DNA of 64,000 nucleotides, from the NCBI GenBank assembly GCA_963742035.1, contig CAVUKH010000008.1, positions 142,504 through 206,503 of the forward strand. Direction: 5' to 3'. Below the pieces are notes generated by a model, which worked only from the letters and a program-made list of their open reading frames with translations, was not told where the DNA came from and made no database searches. The DNA comes from an uncultured Acidimicrobiaceae bacterium. GTDB taxonomy: Bacteria > Actinomycetota > Acidimicrobiia > Acidimicrobiales > RAAP-2. Both the position numbers and the translations under genes were made by a program. Of the stretch, positions 19,342 through 28,357 are shown piece after piece (positions within the stretch are counted from its first letter, which is position 1; each line of letters starts with the position of its first letter).

Positions 19342-19505
19342 GGTGCGCCCTCCTTGTGCGACCCCGGCTGCGGCCGGAGCCCTGCGTTCGAATGCTCGCC
19401 ACGCCCGGCGCGACAAACTTGTGGATTCCTTGGTTACTACACAGTAACCTGAGGTCCGTCGAGACGTCCAGGCATGCCTGGAAAATGGCCGTTGAACTGG
19501 GGTGA

Positions 19506-20903
19506 TCAGCGACGGATGGCGGTGCCGTTCGGGGTGTCCTCGACGGTCCACCCACGGGCCACCAGCTCGTCCCGCAGGGCGTCGGCGCGGGCGAAGTCCC
19601 GGTCGCGTCGGGCCCGGTCCCGCTCGGACACGAGCTCCGCCGACTCGTCGTCGACGTCGCTGTCCGCCGACCGGAGCGACAGCCCGAGTGCCGCAGCGAG
19701 CACCGCTGCCGTGTGGGCGAGGCGACCCGCATCTTCCCCATCGTCGGCATCGGAGGCGGCGTTCGCCGCCGTCACGAGTTCGAAGACGCCTGCCAGCGCG
19801 CCGGGGGTGTCGAGGTCGTCGTCCATCCGCTCTCGGAAGGCGGCCAGCGCGCCAGGCTCCAGACCGGTCGCAGGGGGCGTCCCCTCGACGACGAACCCGC
19901 CGGCGGTCTGCGCCAGGAGGTCGGCCACGGGGAACCGCCGCGCCAGCCCGTCCAGTCGGGCCAGGGCCTTCTCGGCATCGGCCAGGGTCTCGGGGGTCAC
20001 TTCGATCGGCGAGCGGTAGTGGGCCCGGAGCACCAGCAACCGGTAGGCCCGGGCGTCGTGGCGGGACAGGAGATCGGGCAGCGTGGTGAAGTTGCCCAGC
20101 GATTTGGACATCTTCGTGCCCTCGACCTCCACCCAGCCGTTGTGCATCCAATGCCGAGCGAAAGCCCTGCCGTCGGCGACCGCCTGGGCTCGCTCGTTCT
20201 CGTGGTGGGGGAACTTCAGGTCCTGCCCGCCGCCGTGGAGGTCGAAGCTCTCGCCCAGCAGGTCGAGCGACATGACCACGCACTCGGTGTGCCACCCCGG
20301 CCGCCCCGGCCCCCACGGTGAATCCCAGCTCGGCTCCCCCTCCTTGGCCTTCTTCCACAAGGCGAAGTCGAGCGGTGAACGCTTCTCCTCGTTGGCCTCG
20401 ACTCGTGCTCCGACCTGCAACGATTCCAGCGACTGCTGGGCGAGCAGGCCGTAGCCGTCGACCTTGGAGACCTCCAGGTACACGCCGTCGGGCGTCTCGT
20501 AGGCCTTGTCCAGGGACACCAGCTCGCCCACCAGCGCGACCATGTCCTCGATGTACTGCGTGGCGTGGGGGATCTCGTGCGGGCGCAGGTCACCCAGTGC
20601 GTCCATCGACTCCCACCACCGGGTCTCGAATTCGGCGGCCACGTCGGACTCGGTCCGCCCGAGCTCGGCCGCCCGCTTGATGATGTTGTCGTCGACGTCG
20701 GTGACGTTCGCCACGTGGTGCACCGTCAGCCCGGTGAAGCTCAGGTACCTCCGGAGGATGTCGAAGGTCAGGTTGGCCCGCCCGTGGCCGATGTGGGGCA
20801 TGTCGTACACCGTGGGGCCGCAGACGTACATCGACACCTCTCCCTCGGTGCGATGTTCCAACGGGCGGACCGTACCCGTGGCGGTGTCGTGCAGGCGTAG
20901 CAC
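19506..20903 (-). CDS. cysS: cysteine--tRNA ligase
   Basis: YVCGPTVYDMPHIGHGR (HIGH motif), KMSKSLGN, typical length. GTG start at 20903. Confidence 0.95.
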   Translation of the reverse strand: MLRLHDTATGTVRPLEHRTEGEVSMYVCGPTVYDMPHIGHGRANLTFDILRRYLSFTGLTVHHVANVTDVDDNIIKRAAELGRTESDVAAEFETRWWESMDALGDLRPHEIPHATQYIEDMVALVGELVSLDKAYETPDGVYLEVSKVDGYGLLAQQSLESLQVGARVEANEEKRSPLDFALWKKAKEGEPSWDSPWGPGRPGWHTECVVMSLDLLGESFDLHGGGQDLKFPHHENERAQAVADGRAFARHWMHNGWVEVEGTKMSKSLGNFTTLPDLLSRHDARAYRLLVLRAHYRSPIEVTPETLADAEKALARLDGLARRFPVADLLAQTAGGFVVEGTPPATGLEPGALAAFRERMDDDLDTPGALAGVFELVTAANAASDADDGEDAGRLAHTAAVLAAALGLSLRSADSDVDDESAELVSERDRARRDRDFARADALRDELVARGWTVEDTPNGTAIRR

Positions 20904-20923
20904 CCGGGTACGGTAACCCGATC

Positions 20924-23470
20924 ATGTCGATCCCAACGACCGGAGGACCGCGCGTCCCCGACAAGCCGACGCTGGACAACCTCGAGGAGCACTGGGCCGC
21001 CGTCTGGGAGGACGCCGGGACCTACCGTTTCGACGACACGGCCACCCGGGCCGAGGTGTTCTCCATCGACACCCCCCCACCCACCGTGTCCGGCTCCCTC
21101 CACATGGGCTCTGTTTTCGGCTACGTGCAGACGGACGCCATCGCCCGCTACCGCCGCATGCGGGGATGGAAGCTCTTCTACCCGATGGGGTGGGACGACA
21201 ACGGCCTGCCGACCGAGCGGCGCGTGCAGACCTACTTCGGGGTGACCTGCGACCCCTCGCTCCCCTACGACCCGGACTTCACGCCGCCCGAGGAGCCCGG
21301 GAAGGACGACGTCCCGGTCAGCCGGCCCAACTTCATCGCGCTCTGCCACCAGCTGACTGCGGAGGACGAGCGCGCCTTCGAGGACCTGTGGCGGCGGGTC
21401 GGCCTGTCGGTCGACTGGGGGCGCACGTACGCCACCATCGACGACAAGAGTCGGCGCACCAGCCAGCGGATGTTCCTGCGCAACCTCGCCCGCGGTGAGG
21501 CCTACACGTCGGAGGCCCCGACGCTCTGGGACGTGGACTTCCAGACGGCTGTGGCCCAGGCCGAGATGGAGGACCGCCAATTGGCCGGCGCCTACCACCG
21601 GCTGCGCTTCGACGATATTGAGATCGAGACGACGCGGCCCGAATTGGTGGCCGCCTGCGTGGCTCTGGTGGCGCACCCCGACGACGAGCGCTACGCCACC
21701 CGCTTCGGCTCGACGGTGCACACTCCGCTCTTCGGGGTCGAGGTGCCCGTCCTCGCTCACCACCTGGCCGAGCCGGACAAGGGCTCCGGCATCGCCATGA
21801 TCTGCACGTTCGGCGACGTGACCGACGTCGTGTGGTGGCGCGAGCTCGATCTGCCGACGCGCAGCATCGTCACGCGGTCCGGCCGCATCACCGAGGCCCC
21901 GCCGGCCGGTGTCCCCGACGGCGACGCTTGGCGCGCCATCGCCGGCAGGAGCGTGAAGCAGGCGCGGCGGACGATGGTGGAGATGCTGGTTGCATCGGGT
22001 GACATGGTCGGGGACCCCCGACCGATTGAGCACCCCGTCAAGTTCTACGAGCGTGGTAGTCGCCCGCTGGAGATCGTCACGAGCCGGCAGTGGTTCATCC
22101 GCAATGGTGGTCGCGACGACAAGGTGCGGCGCGAGCTGCTCGAGCGCGGTGACCAGCTCGACTGGCATCCCCCCTACATGCGGGTCCGCTTCGACGACTG
22201 GGTCAGCGGCCTCAATGGCGACTGGCTCGTCAGCCGGCAACGCTTCTTCGGCGTGCCGGTGCCCGTCTGGTACCCCGTCGGACCGGATGGCGAGGCCGAC
22301 CACGCGTCGCCGATTGTCCCCGACGAGGCGAGGCTGCCGGTCGACCCGACGACCGACGTGCCCGAGGGCTACACGGCGGAGCAGCGCGGCGTACCCGGGG
22401 GCTTCACGGGCGATCCCGACGTGATGGACACGTGGGCCACATCTTCGGTGACGCCGCAGATCGCCTGCGGCTGGGAGGACGACCCCGCGCTGTTCGCCGC
22501 CACCTTCCCAATGGATCTCCGGCCGCAGGGTCCCGAAATCATCCGCACTTGGCTCTTCTCGACCCTGCTGCGCTCGCACCTGGAGCACGACGTGCTGCCG
22601 TGGCGCCATGCCACCATCAACGGCTGGATCCTCGACAAGGACCGCAAGAAGATGTCCAAGTCGAAGGGCAACGTGATCACGCCCATGGCGACTTTGGAGG
22701 AGTTCGGCTCCGACGCCGTGCGGTACTGGGCCTGCAACGGACGGCCCGGAACCGACACCGCGCTCGACACGGGCGTCATGAAGATCGGCCGCCGCCTGGC
22801 CATCAAGGTGCTCAACGCATCGAAGTTCGCGCTGGGTCGGTTCGGCGAGGGCCCGATCCCGGGTCTCGATGCAGTGGACATGCCGCTCGACGCAGCACTG
22901 CTGGCGCAGCTCGCTGCCCTGATTCTCGCGGCCACGGAGGCCCACGACGGGTTCGACTACGCGCGAGCGCTCGAGCTCACCGAGTCGTTCTTCTGGTCCT
23001 TCTGCGACGACTACGTCGAACTGGTCAAGACGCGCGCCTACGGCGAGGGCGTTGGGGGAGGGACCGACTCGGCCCGCGCCACATTGGCGCTGGCGCTCTC
23101 GGCCCTCCATCGCCTCTTCGCTCCCTTCCTCCCATTCGTGACCGAGGAGGTCTGGAGCTGGTGGCAGGAGGGCTCGGTGCACCGGGCCCCCTGGCCCGAT
23201 CGGGCCGACGTCGGCCGCCACGCCGGAGCCGACACGTCCGTGTTGACGGCGGCGTCGGACGTCCTCGGCGCGGTACGTCGGGAGAAGACGGCCAACAAGC
23301 GCTCCATGCGGGCACGGGTGACGTTGCTCAAGGTGACGGGTCCCCCCGAGACGATCGCCGCGGTGGAGGCGGCACGGGGTGACATCGTCGACGCCGGCGG
23401 CGTGGACGAACTGGTCGTCGGAGCGGGCGATACCCTGTCGGTCGCCGTGGTGCTCGCCGACGAAGGCTGA
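20924..23470 (+). CDS. valS: valine--tRNA ligase (type with HMGS HIGH-variant)
   Basis: PPPTVSGSLHMGSVFGY, PMGWDDNGLPTE and KMSKSKGN. Class I synthetase with an editing-domain-sized insertion, 848 aa. Confidence 0.85.
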   Translation: MSIPTTGGPRVPDKPTLDNLEEHWAAVWEDAGTYRFDDTATRAEVFSIDTPPPTVSGSLHMGSVFGYVQTDAIARYRRMRGWKLFYPMGWDDNGLPTERRVQTYFGVTCDPSLPYDPDFTPPEEPGKDDVPVSRPNFIALCHQLTAEDERAFEDLWRRVGLSVDWGRTYATIDDKSRRTSQRMFLRNLARGEAYTSEAPTLWDVDFQTAVAQAEMEDRQLAGAYHRLRFDDIEIETTRPELVAACVALVAHPDDERYATRFGSTVHTPLFGVEVPVLAHHLAEPDKGSGIAMICTFGDVTDVVWWRELDLPTRSIVTRSGRITEAPPAGVPDGDAWRAIAGRSVKQARRTMVEMLVASGDMVGDPRPIEHPVKFYERGSRPLEIVTSRQWFIRNGGRDDKVRRELLERGDQLDWHPPYMRVRFDDWVSGLNGDWLVSRQRFFGVPVPVWYPVGPDGEADHASPIVPDEARLPVDPTTDVPEGYTAEQRGVPGGFTGDPDVMDTWATSSVTPQIACGWEDDPALFAATFPMDLRPQGPEIIRTWLFSTLLRSHLEHDVLPWRHATINGWILDKDRKKMSKSKGNVITPMATLEEFGSDAVRYWACNGRPGTDTALDTGVMKIGRRLAIKVLNASKFALGRFGEGPIPGLDAVDMPLDAALLAQLAALILAATEAHDGFDYARALELTESFFWSFCDDYVELVKTRAYGEGVGGGTDSARATLALALSALHRLFAPFLPFVTEEVWSWWQEGSVHRAPWPDRADVGRHAGADTSVLTAASDVLGAVRREKTANKRSMRARVTLLKVTGPPETIAAVEAARGDIVDAGGVDELVVGAGDTLSVAVVLADEG

Positions 23471-23479
23471 CCTCGGGGG

Positions 23480-24187
23480 TCAGAGGTAGGCGGACCGGGC
23501 CGCCTCGGCCATCTCCCGGGGCGTCCCTTCGTGGGCCACGCGCCCGTGCAACATGATGGCGGCACGATCGGCCACGCCCAGAGCGGTCTCGGCAAATTGT
23601 TCGACGACCACCACGGTCACGCCACTGGCGGCGATCGCCGCCACCAGCTCGTAGAGGTGCGCCACAATGATGGGGGCGAGCCCCATGGAGATCTCATCGA
23701 GAAGGAGCACCTTCGTCTCCCCGGCCAGGGCGCGCGAGACGGCCAGCATCTGCTGCTCGCCCCCCGAGAGGGTTCCGGCCAGCTGCCGGCGCCGCTCCTT
23801 CAGTCGGGGGAACTGTTCGTAGGCGCGGGCCTCGACCTCCACCGTGGTCAGGCCCCCGCGGTACGTCCACATGCGCAGGTTGTCACGGACGGTGAGGTTG
23901 GGGAACACACCCCGCCCCTCGGGGATGGCGACGACCCCGTCTCGGGCCAGGGCCTCGGGCGTCCGATGGGCGGCCGGCACACCGTCGATCGCCACCGTGC
24001 CCGCCGTCGGTCGAAGGCGGCCGTTCATGATCTTCAACAATGTGCTCTTGCCGGAGCCGTTTGGCCCGAGGAGCGCGAAGACGCTGCCGCCAGGGACGTG
24101 CACGTCCACGCCGTGCAGGACCTCAATGCGCCCGTAGGCCGCGTGGACGCCCTCGATCGTCAGGCCGGCACCGGCGGCGGTGTTCAT
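23480..24187 (-). CDS. livF: branched-chain amino acid ABC transporter ATP-binding protein (LivF-like)
   Basis: Walker A GPNGSGKST, signature LSGGEQQML, Walker B LLLDEIS. Its ATG overlaps the livG TGA (ATGA). Confidence 0.9.
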   Translation of the reverse strand: MNTAAGAGLTIEGVHAAYGRIEVLHGVDVHVPGGSVFALLGPNGSGKSTLLKIMNGRLRPTAGTVAIDGVPAAHRTPEALARDGVVAIPEGRGVFPNLTVRDNLRMWTYRGGLTTVEVEARAYEQFPRLKERRRQLAGTLSGGEQQMLAVSRALAGETKVLLLDEISMGLAPIIVAHLYELVAAIAASGVTVVVVEQFAETALGVADRAAIMLHGRVAHEGTPREMAEAARSAYL

Positions 24188-24945
24188 GCGTCGGCTTCCG
24201 GAGGCCCGGAGTCAGCGGCATGGCCCAGGTACGCCTCCTGCACCGACGGGTTGCGGCGGATCTCTTCGGGTGCTCCGGAGGCGATCACCCGGCCGAAGTC
24301 GAGCACGTACACCGTCTGGCAGACCCGCCACACGAGGTCGGTGTCGTGCTCGACCAGAACGACGGCGCGTCCCTCCGCCGCCAGCGACGTGAGCAACCTG
24401 GCCAGGGCGTCGCTCTCGCGTTCGTCGAGGCCGGAGCACGGTTCGTCGAGCAGAAGGACCTTGGGGTCGGTCGAGAGGGCGCGGGCCAGCTCGACCAGGC
24501 GGGCCGACCCGGTCGGGAGCGACGACACCGGCGCCGCGGCCTCCTCCCCCACGCCCACCCGCTCGAGCAGTCCGGTGGCGGACGAAGGGGCGGCGTTCCC
24601 GGACGCCTCGAGCCCGACGCGCACGTTGTCCACTGCGCTCAACGTCGAGAAGAGCTCCAGGCGTTGGAAGGTGCGGGCCAGGCCGAGGCGGGCCCGCCGG
24701 TGCGTACTCGTGCGGGTGACCTCGGCCCCGCCCAGCGACACGGAGCCACGGTCGGGCCGTTGCAGGCCCGTGATGACGTTGAACAGGGTCGTCTTGCCCG
24801 CGCCGTTTGGGCCGATCAGCCCGGTCACCATGCCCTGCTCGGCCCGGAGTGACACGTCGGAGAGCGCGGCCACGCCGCCGAAATGGACGCGCACATGATC
24901 GACCTCGAGGGCAGGGGCGTCGGAGCCCGCCTTGTCAGGCGGCAT
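24184..24945 (-). CDS. livG: branched-chain amino acid ABC transporter ATP-binding protein (LivG-like)
   Basis: ORF 24184..25071 trimmed to ATG 24945 (MPPDKAGSDAPALEVDHV). GPNGAGKTT, LPTGSARLVELARAL, LLLDEPCSGL. Confidence 0.9.
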   Translation of the reverse strand: MPPDKAGSDAPALEVDHVRVHFGGVAALSDVSLRAEQGMVTGLIGPNGAGKTTLFNVITGLQRPDRGSVSLGGAEVTRTSTHRRARLGLARTFQRLELFSTLSAVDNVRVGLEASGNAAPSSATGLLERVGVGEEAAAPVSSLPTGSARLVELARALSTDPKVLLLDEPCSGLDERESDALARLLTSLAAEGRAVVLVEHDTDLVWRVCQTVYVLDFGRVIASGAPEEIRRNPSVQEAYLGHAADSGPPEADA

Positions 24946-26890
24946 TGGCCACCTCGTGTTCGACGACCAGCAGACCGAGATCGTTCTCCGCCTGGCCCAA
25001 TGGCAGGTGCACCCGGTTCGTGAGCCACGACATGCCGAGGACGCCGTCGGGGCTGCGGGCCAGCAGCACAATGCCGATACCCGCGGCCAGGCCGGTCAGG
25101 TCGGCCAGCGACGTGGGGAGGTGGGTCTGCAGAACGGGAAGGGCCGCCGCCGTCAGGCCCCCCAACAGCGCGCCGCTAATGGTGCGGATCCCCCAGATGG
25201 CCACGAAGAGCAGCAGCGTCAGGCTGCCGATGAACTGGACGTCCGTGGCGCCGATGCCCCCCTGCTGCCCGGCGTAGAACACGCCGCCGAGACCGGCCAT
25301 GGCGGCCGACAGGCTGAACACGAGCACCTTGGTGCGCACCGAGCTCAGCCCGACCATCGCGAAGGCGGCGGGTGAATCGTTCATCGCCACGAGCCGGCGG
25401 CCGAACACGCTCCGACGGACCAGGCCGACGAGCACGGCGCAGATGGCCGCCACCACCGCCACCTCAATGAGCTCGGACTGGTTGCTCACCGTGCTCATGA
25501 AGGGGAGCCGCAAGCGGCCCACGGCGATGGAGGTCCCGTCGGAGATCACACTCGAGTTGTTGAAGAAGGCCGAGTACATGACCTCCCCGAACGCGAAGGT
25601 GGCCAGCGCCAGGTAGAGGCCACGGAGCCGGATGGCCGGCAGGGCGACCAGTGCGCCGACGGCCCCCGACACGAGGACGGCCAGGAGCAACCCCCACCAC
25701 GAATCGCCGCCGAGGGTCTTGCCCATGGTGAAGGCGCCGATCCCCATGAAGGTCAGCTGGCACAGGGAGACTTGGCCGGCGAAGCCGACGAGGAGGACGA
25801 GCGAGAGACCGACGATCCCGAGCGCCAGCCCCTGCGAGAGCGTCGTCAGCGCGGTGGTCCCCACCATGACGGCGAGGACCACCATGACGGCGACCAGGAG
25901 GACGGCGCCGGCCGCCGATTGGCGGGCCGTCACCACCTTGGGCGCGGCTCGCACGGCCAGGCGCCCGGCCGGAGCGAGCCGCGCTGCCGGGATCACGAGC
26001 AAGACGACGAAGAGGAACACGACTGGGATCACCTCGGTGAGCACCGAGGCCAGCCCGGCATTGATGTGTCCCGGCAGGTAGCCCTGGGCGTAGTAGGTGA
26101 TGAGGCCGAGGATCAGCGCGCCGACGAACGTCATGGGGAGGCTGCGCAGTCGCCCGACCACTGCGGCGGCGAACCCGTTCAGGGCCAGGAGGGTCAGCTG
26201 GGTCGAGGTCAACCCCGTCTGCCCGACCAGCGGGGCGATCAGGACGCCCGCAAGCGCGGCCAACATGAAGCCGAGAACCCAGCCCGTCTGCGACATCCGG
26301 TGCGGCTTGGCACCGGCCAGCGCGACCAACTCGGGGTCGTCGACCACGGCTCGCATGGCGACACCGAGCCGGGCGCGACGGAGGAACAGGGCGAGCGCGA
26401 CGCCGACGAGCGCCGTCACGACCACAATCATGATCTGCTGGTACTGGAGCGTGACGCCGTTGCTGCCGAAGAGACGGACGGAGAGCACTGTTCCGTTGCT
26501 CTGCGTGAAATAGGGCGGCACGGCCCGGATGACGTCGGGGCTGCTCCAAAAGATTGTCGCCACCCCGAGCAGGATCACCAGCAGACCGAGCGACACCATC
26601 AGCGACCGCTCCACCGTGGCGCCGTGAATGCGCCGGAAGAGCACGAACTCGACGAGCAGCCCGAGGAGCGGCGCCTCGACCAGGACAATGAAGGCGACGG
26701 CCAGGAGAAACGGCCAGTGCTCGTTCTGCCACAGCTCCCAGTACGAGAACGCGGCCACCATGCCCACCGCCCCCTGGGCGAAGTTGAAGACGCCGGTCGT
26801 GTTGTAGGTGACGACCAGGCCGATCGCCAGGAGGCCGTAGACCGCGCCGAAGACGATGCCGAGGACGGTGAACGATAGGAAGACGCTCAC
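24935..26890 (-). CDS. fused branched-chain amino acid ABC permease (LivH-like N-half plus LivM-like C-half)
   Basis: A single 651-aa polytopic ORF. The N-terminal ~290 aa are LivH-like (MSVFLSFTVLGIVFGAVYGLLAIGLVVTYNTTGVFNFAQG). The C-terminal ~340 aa are LivM-like (GQVSLCQLTFMGIGAF). Confidence 0.85.
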   Translation of the reverse strand: MSVFLSFTVLGIVFGAVYGLLAIGLVVTYNTTGVFNFAQGAVGMVAAFSYWELWQNEHWPFLLAVAFIVLVEAPLLGLLVEFVLFRRIHGATVERSLMVSLGLLVILLGVATIFWSSPDVIRAVPPYFTQSNGTVLSVRLFGSNGVTLQYQQIMIVVVTALVGVALALFLRRARLGVAMRAVVDDPELVALAGAKPHRMSQTGWVLGFMLAALAGVLIAPLVGQTGLTSTQLTLLALNGFAAAVVGRLRSLPMTFVGALILGLITYYAQGYLPGHINAGLASVLTEVIPVVFLFVVLLVIPAARLAPAGRLAVRAAPKVVTARQSAAGAVLLVAVMVVLAVMVGTTALTTLSQGLALGIVGLSLVLLVGFAGQVSLCQLTFMGIGAFTMGKTLGGDSWWGLLLAVLVSGAVGALVALPAIRLRGLYLALATFAFGEVMYSAFFNNSSVISDGTSIAVGRLRLPFMSTVSNQSELIEVAVVAAICAVLVGLVRRSVFGRRLVAMNDSPAAFAMVGLSSVRTKVLVFSLSAAMAGLGGVFYAGQQGGIGATDVQFIGSLTLLLFVAIWGIRTISGALLGGLTAAALPVLQTHLPTSLADLTGLAAGIGIVLLARSPDGVLGMSWLTNRVHLPLGQAENDLGLLVVEHEVANAA

Positions 26891-26956
26891 GTCCTTACCT
26901 CGTACCCACTGGCGATCCCGTACCCACTGGCGAAACCCCCAACTGCGACGCGGGCC

Positions 26957-28303
26957 TCAGCCCGTGACGCCTGATGCGTTGTACAGCTTTGCGTTGCAGT
27001 CGAACCCACCACTGGTGGGCAGCTCACGAACGAACTTCCCGTTCTTGATTCCGGCCACCACGAAGCACGGCGTGAGCGTCTTGGCCGCTGGATCCGAACC
27101 GCCGAACATCCCGTTGGCGTTGAAGCTCGTGATCTTCCTGAGCTGCGCCATGACGGATCCGCGGGTCGGGTGCGGCCCTGCGGCCTTGAGCGCCTGAACG
27201 AACATCTCGGCCGACGCCCACCCGAAGAGCGTGTAGAGATCGGGATCCCACGAAGGATCCGCCTTCTTCACGTAGGTGTCGAATTGCTTGACGGCCGGCA
27301 CCTTGTTCGCGTCCTCACCGAGGTAGAGGGCGTACACCTGACCGATCTGAATCCCGTTGGTCGCCGTCGGGCCGCCGGCGTGGGAGATGAACTGATCGGC
27401 GTAGACGGGACCGCCGGAGAAGATGAGCCCAGGGTGCCAGTTCTGGGTGTTGGCGTTCTCGACGAATATCGCCGCGTCTTGCCAGTCAATCCCGGTGAGG
27501 TCGACCGCGTTGACGCCCTTGCTCTTCATGTTGATGACATCGGTCGTGAAGTCGGAAGCGAGCGGGTTGACGTCGTCGACGTAGGCGATCTTGTAGCCCA
27601 GGCTCTTCATGCCGGCAAACTGCTGGGCCATCTGTGTCTTGGCCGAGGCGACGTCCGAGACGATGGCGCCGACGGTCATGTCCTTTGGATAGTGCTTCTT
27701 GTAGTACTGGACGGGCCCGAGCGTCTCTTGGCCGGACAGCGGCTGCGCGCTGAAGTCGTTGGGCAACGCGTTGGTTCCGGCGTCGAGCGTCACGGAGACA
27801 TCGGGGACGGCGGTGTCGCTGGCGAGGGCTGCACACCCGTACCCGTCGAAGAGGGAGAAGCTCCCCACCAGTGCGAAGTCGGAGTTGATCGCTTCCTGGG
27901 TCTCGGTCATGTTCTGCTGCCCACTGAACGCGTCGTCTTTGGAGTCGACGAGGAGTTTGCGACCGTTCACACCACCCTCGGCGTTGATCATGTCGAAGTA
28001 GGCCTTCACGCCGATCGGAGCACCTGCGAACAGGCTTGGCACGGGACCACTGATGATGGAAACGTTGCCGACGGTCACCGATTTCGCCGTGATGCCGGTC
28101 GTCGCCGCATTCTGGGCAGCCGTCGGGGCGAGTGCCGGCGTGCAGGTGCCTGAGGCCGAGGAGGCCGCTCCCGCCGGAGCGACAGCGAGGAGGGCGCCTC
28201 CCGCAATGGTGAGCGAGCCGGCCAGCACACCGCCCGCCAGGAGGACATGACCGACCCGCCCGCGCCAGGTCGAAGCGCACGTATGTACGTTCCCCACAGC
28301 CAC
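26957..28303 (-). CDS. ABC transporter substrate-binding protein (LivJ/K, type I periplasmic binding fold)
   Basis: N-terminal signal-like hydrophobic segment, then a secreted domain. It heads the liv-type transporter operon. Confidence 0.8.
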   Translation of the reverse strand: MAVGNVHTCASTWRGRVGHVLLAGGVLAGSLTIAGGALLAVAPAGAASSASGTCTPALAPTAAQNAATTGITAKSVTVGNVSIISGPVPSLFAGAPIGVKAYFDMINAEGGVNGRKLLVDSKDDAFSGQQNMTETQEAINSDFALVGSFSLFDGYGCAALASDTAVPDVSVTLDAGTNALPNDFSAQPLSGQETLGPVQYYKKHYPKDMTVGAIVSDVASAKTQMAQQFAGMKSLGYKIAYVDDVNPLASDFTTDVINMKSKGVNAVDLTGIDWQDAAIFVENANTQNWHPGLIFSGGPVYADQFISHAGGPTATNGIQIGQVYALYLGEDANKVPAVKQFDTYVKKADPSWDPDLYTLFGWASAEMFVQALKAAGPHPTRGSVMAQLRKITSFNANGMFGGSDPAAKTLTPCFVVAGIKNGKFVRELPTSGGFDCNAKLYNASGVTG

Positions 28304-28357
28304 CCCTTCTCGATTCCTCGGCCCTCCTCCCGCTTCAGTCCCGGTAGGGGTGGGAGG

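Noticed and set aside
19386-19393. GTTCGAAT, a tRNA T-loop-like string in the ACAD/cysS intergenic region.
   Set aside because: The flanking bases do not form a T-stem (CCTGC versus GCTCG), and no acceptor or anticodon arms can be drawn on either strand.
20768-23221. 817-aa ORF antisense to valS. Similar giants include 45574..47964, the 5' extensions of 18127..20358 and 3347..5182, and the composite ORF 59951..62500.
   Set aside because: Their translations are Arg/Pro/Gly/Ala-rich low-complexity strings. They overlap genes with unmistakable conserved motifs on the other strand or frame. Long stop-free frames are expected at this GC content.
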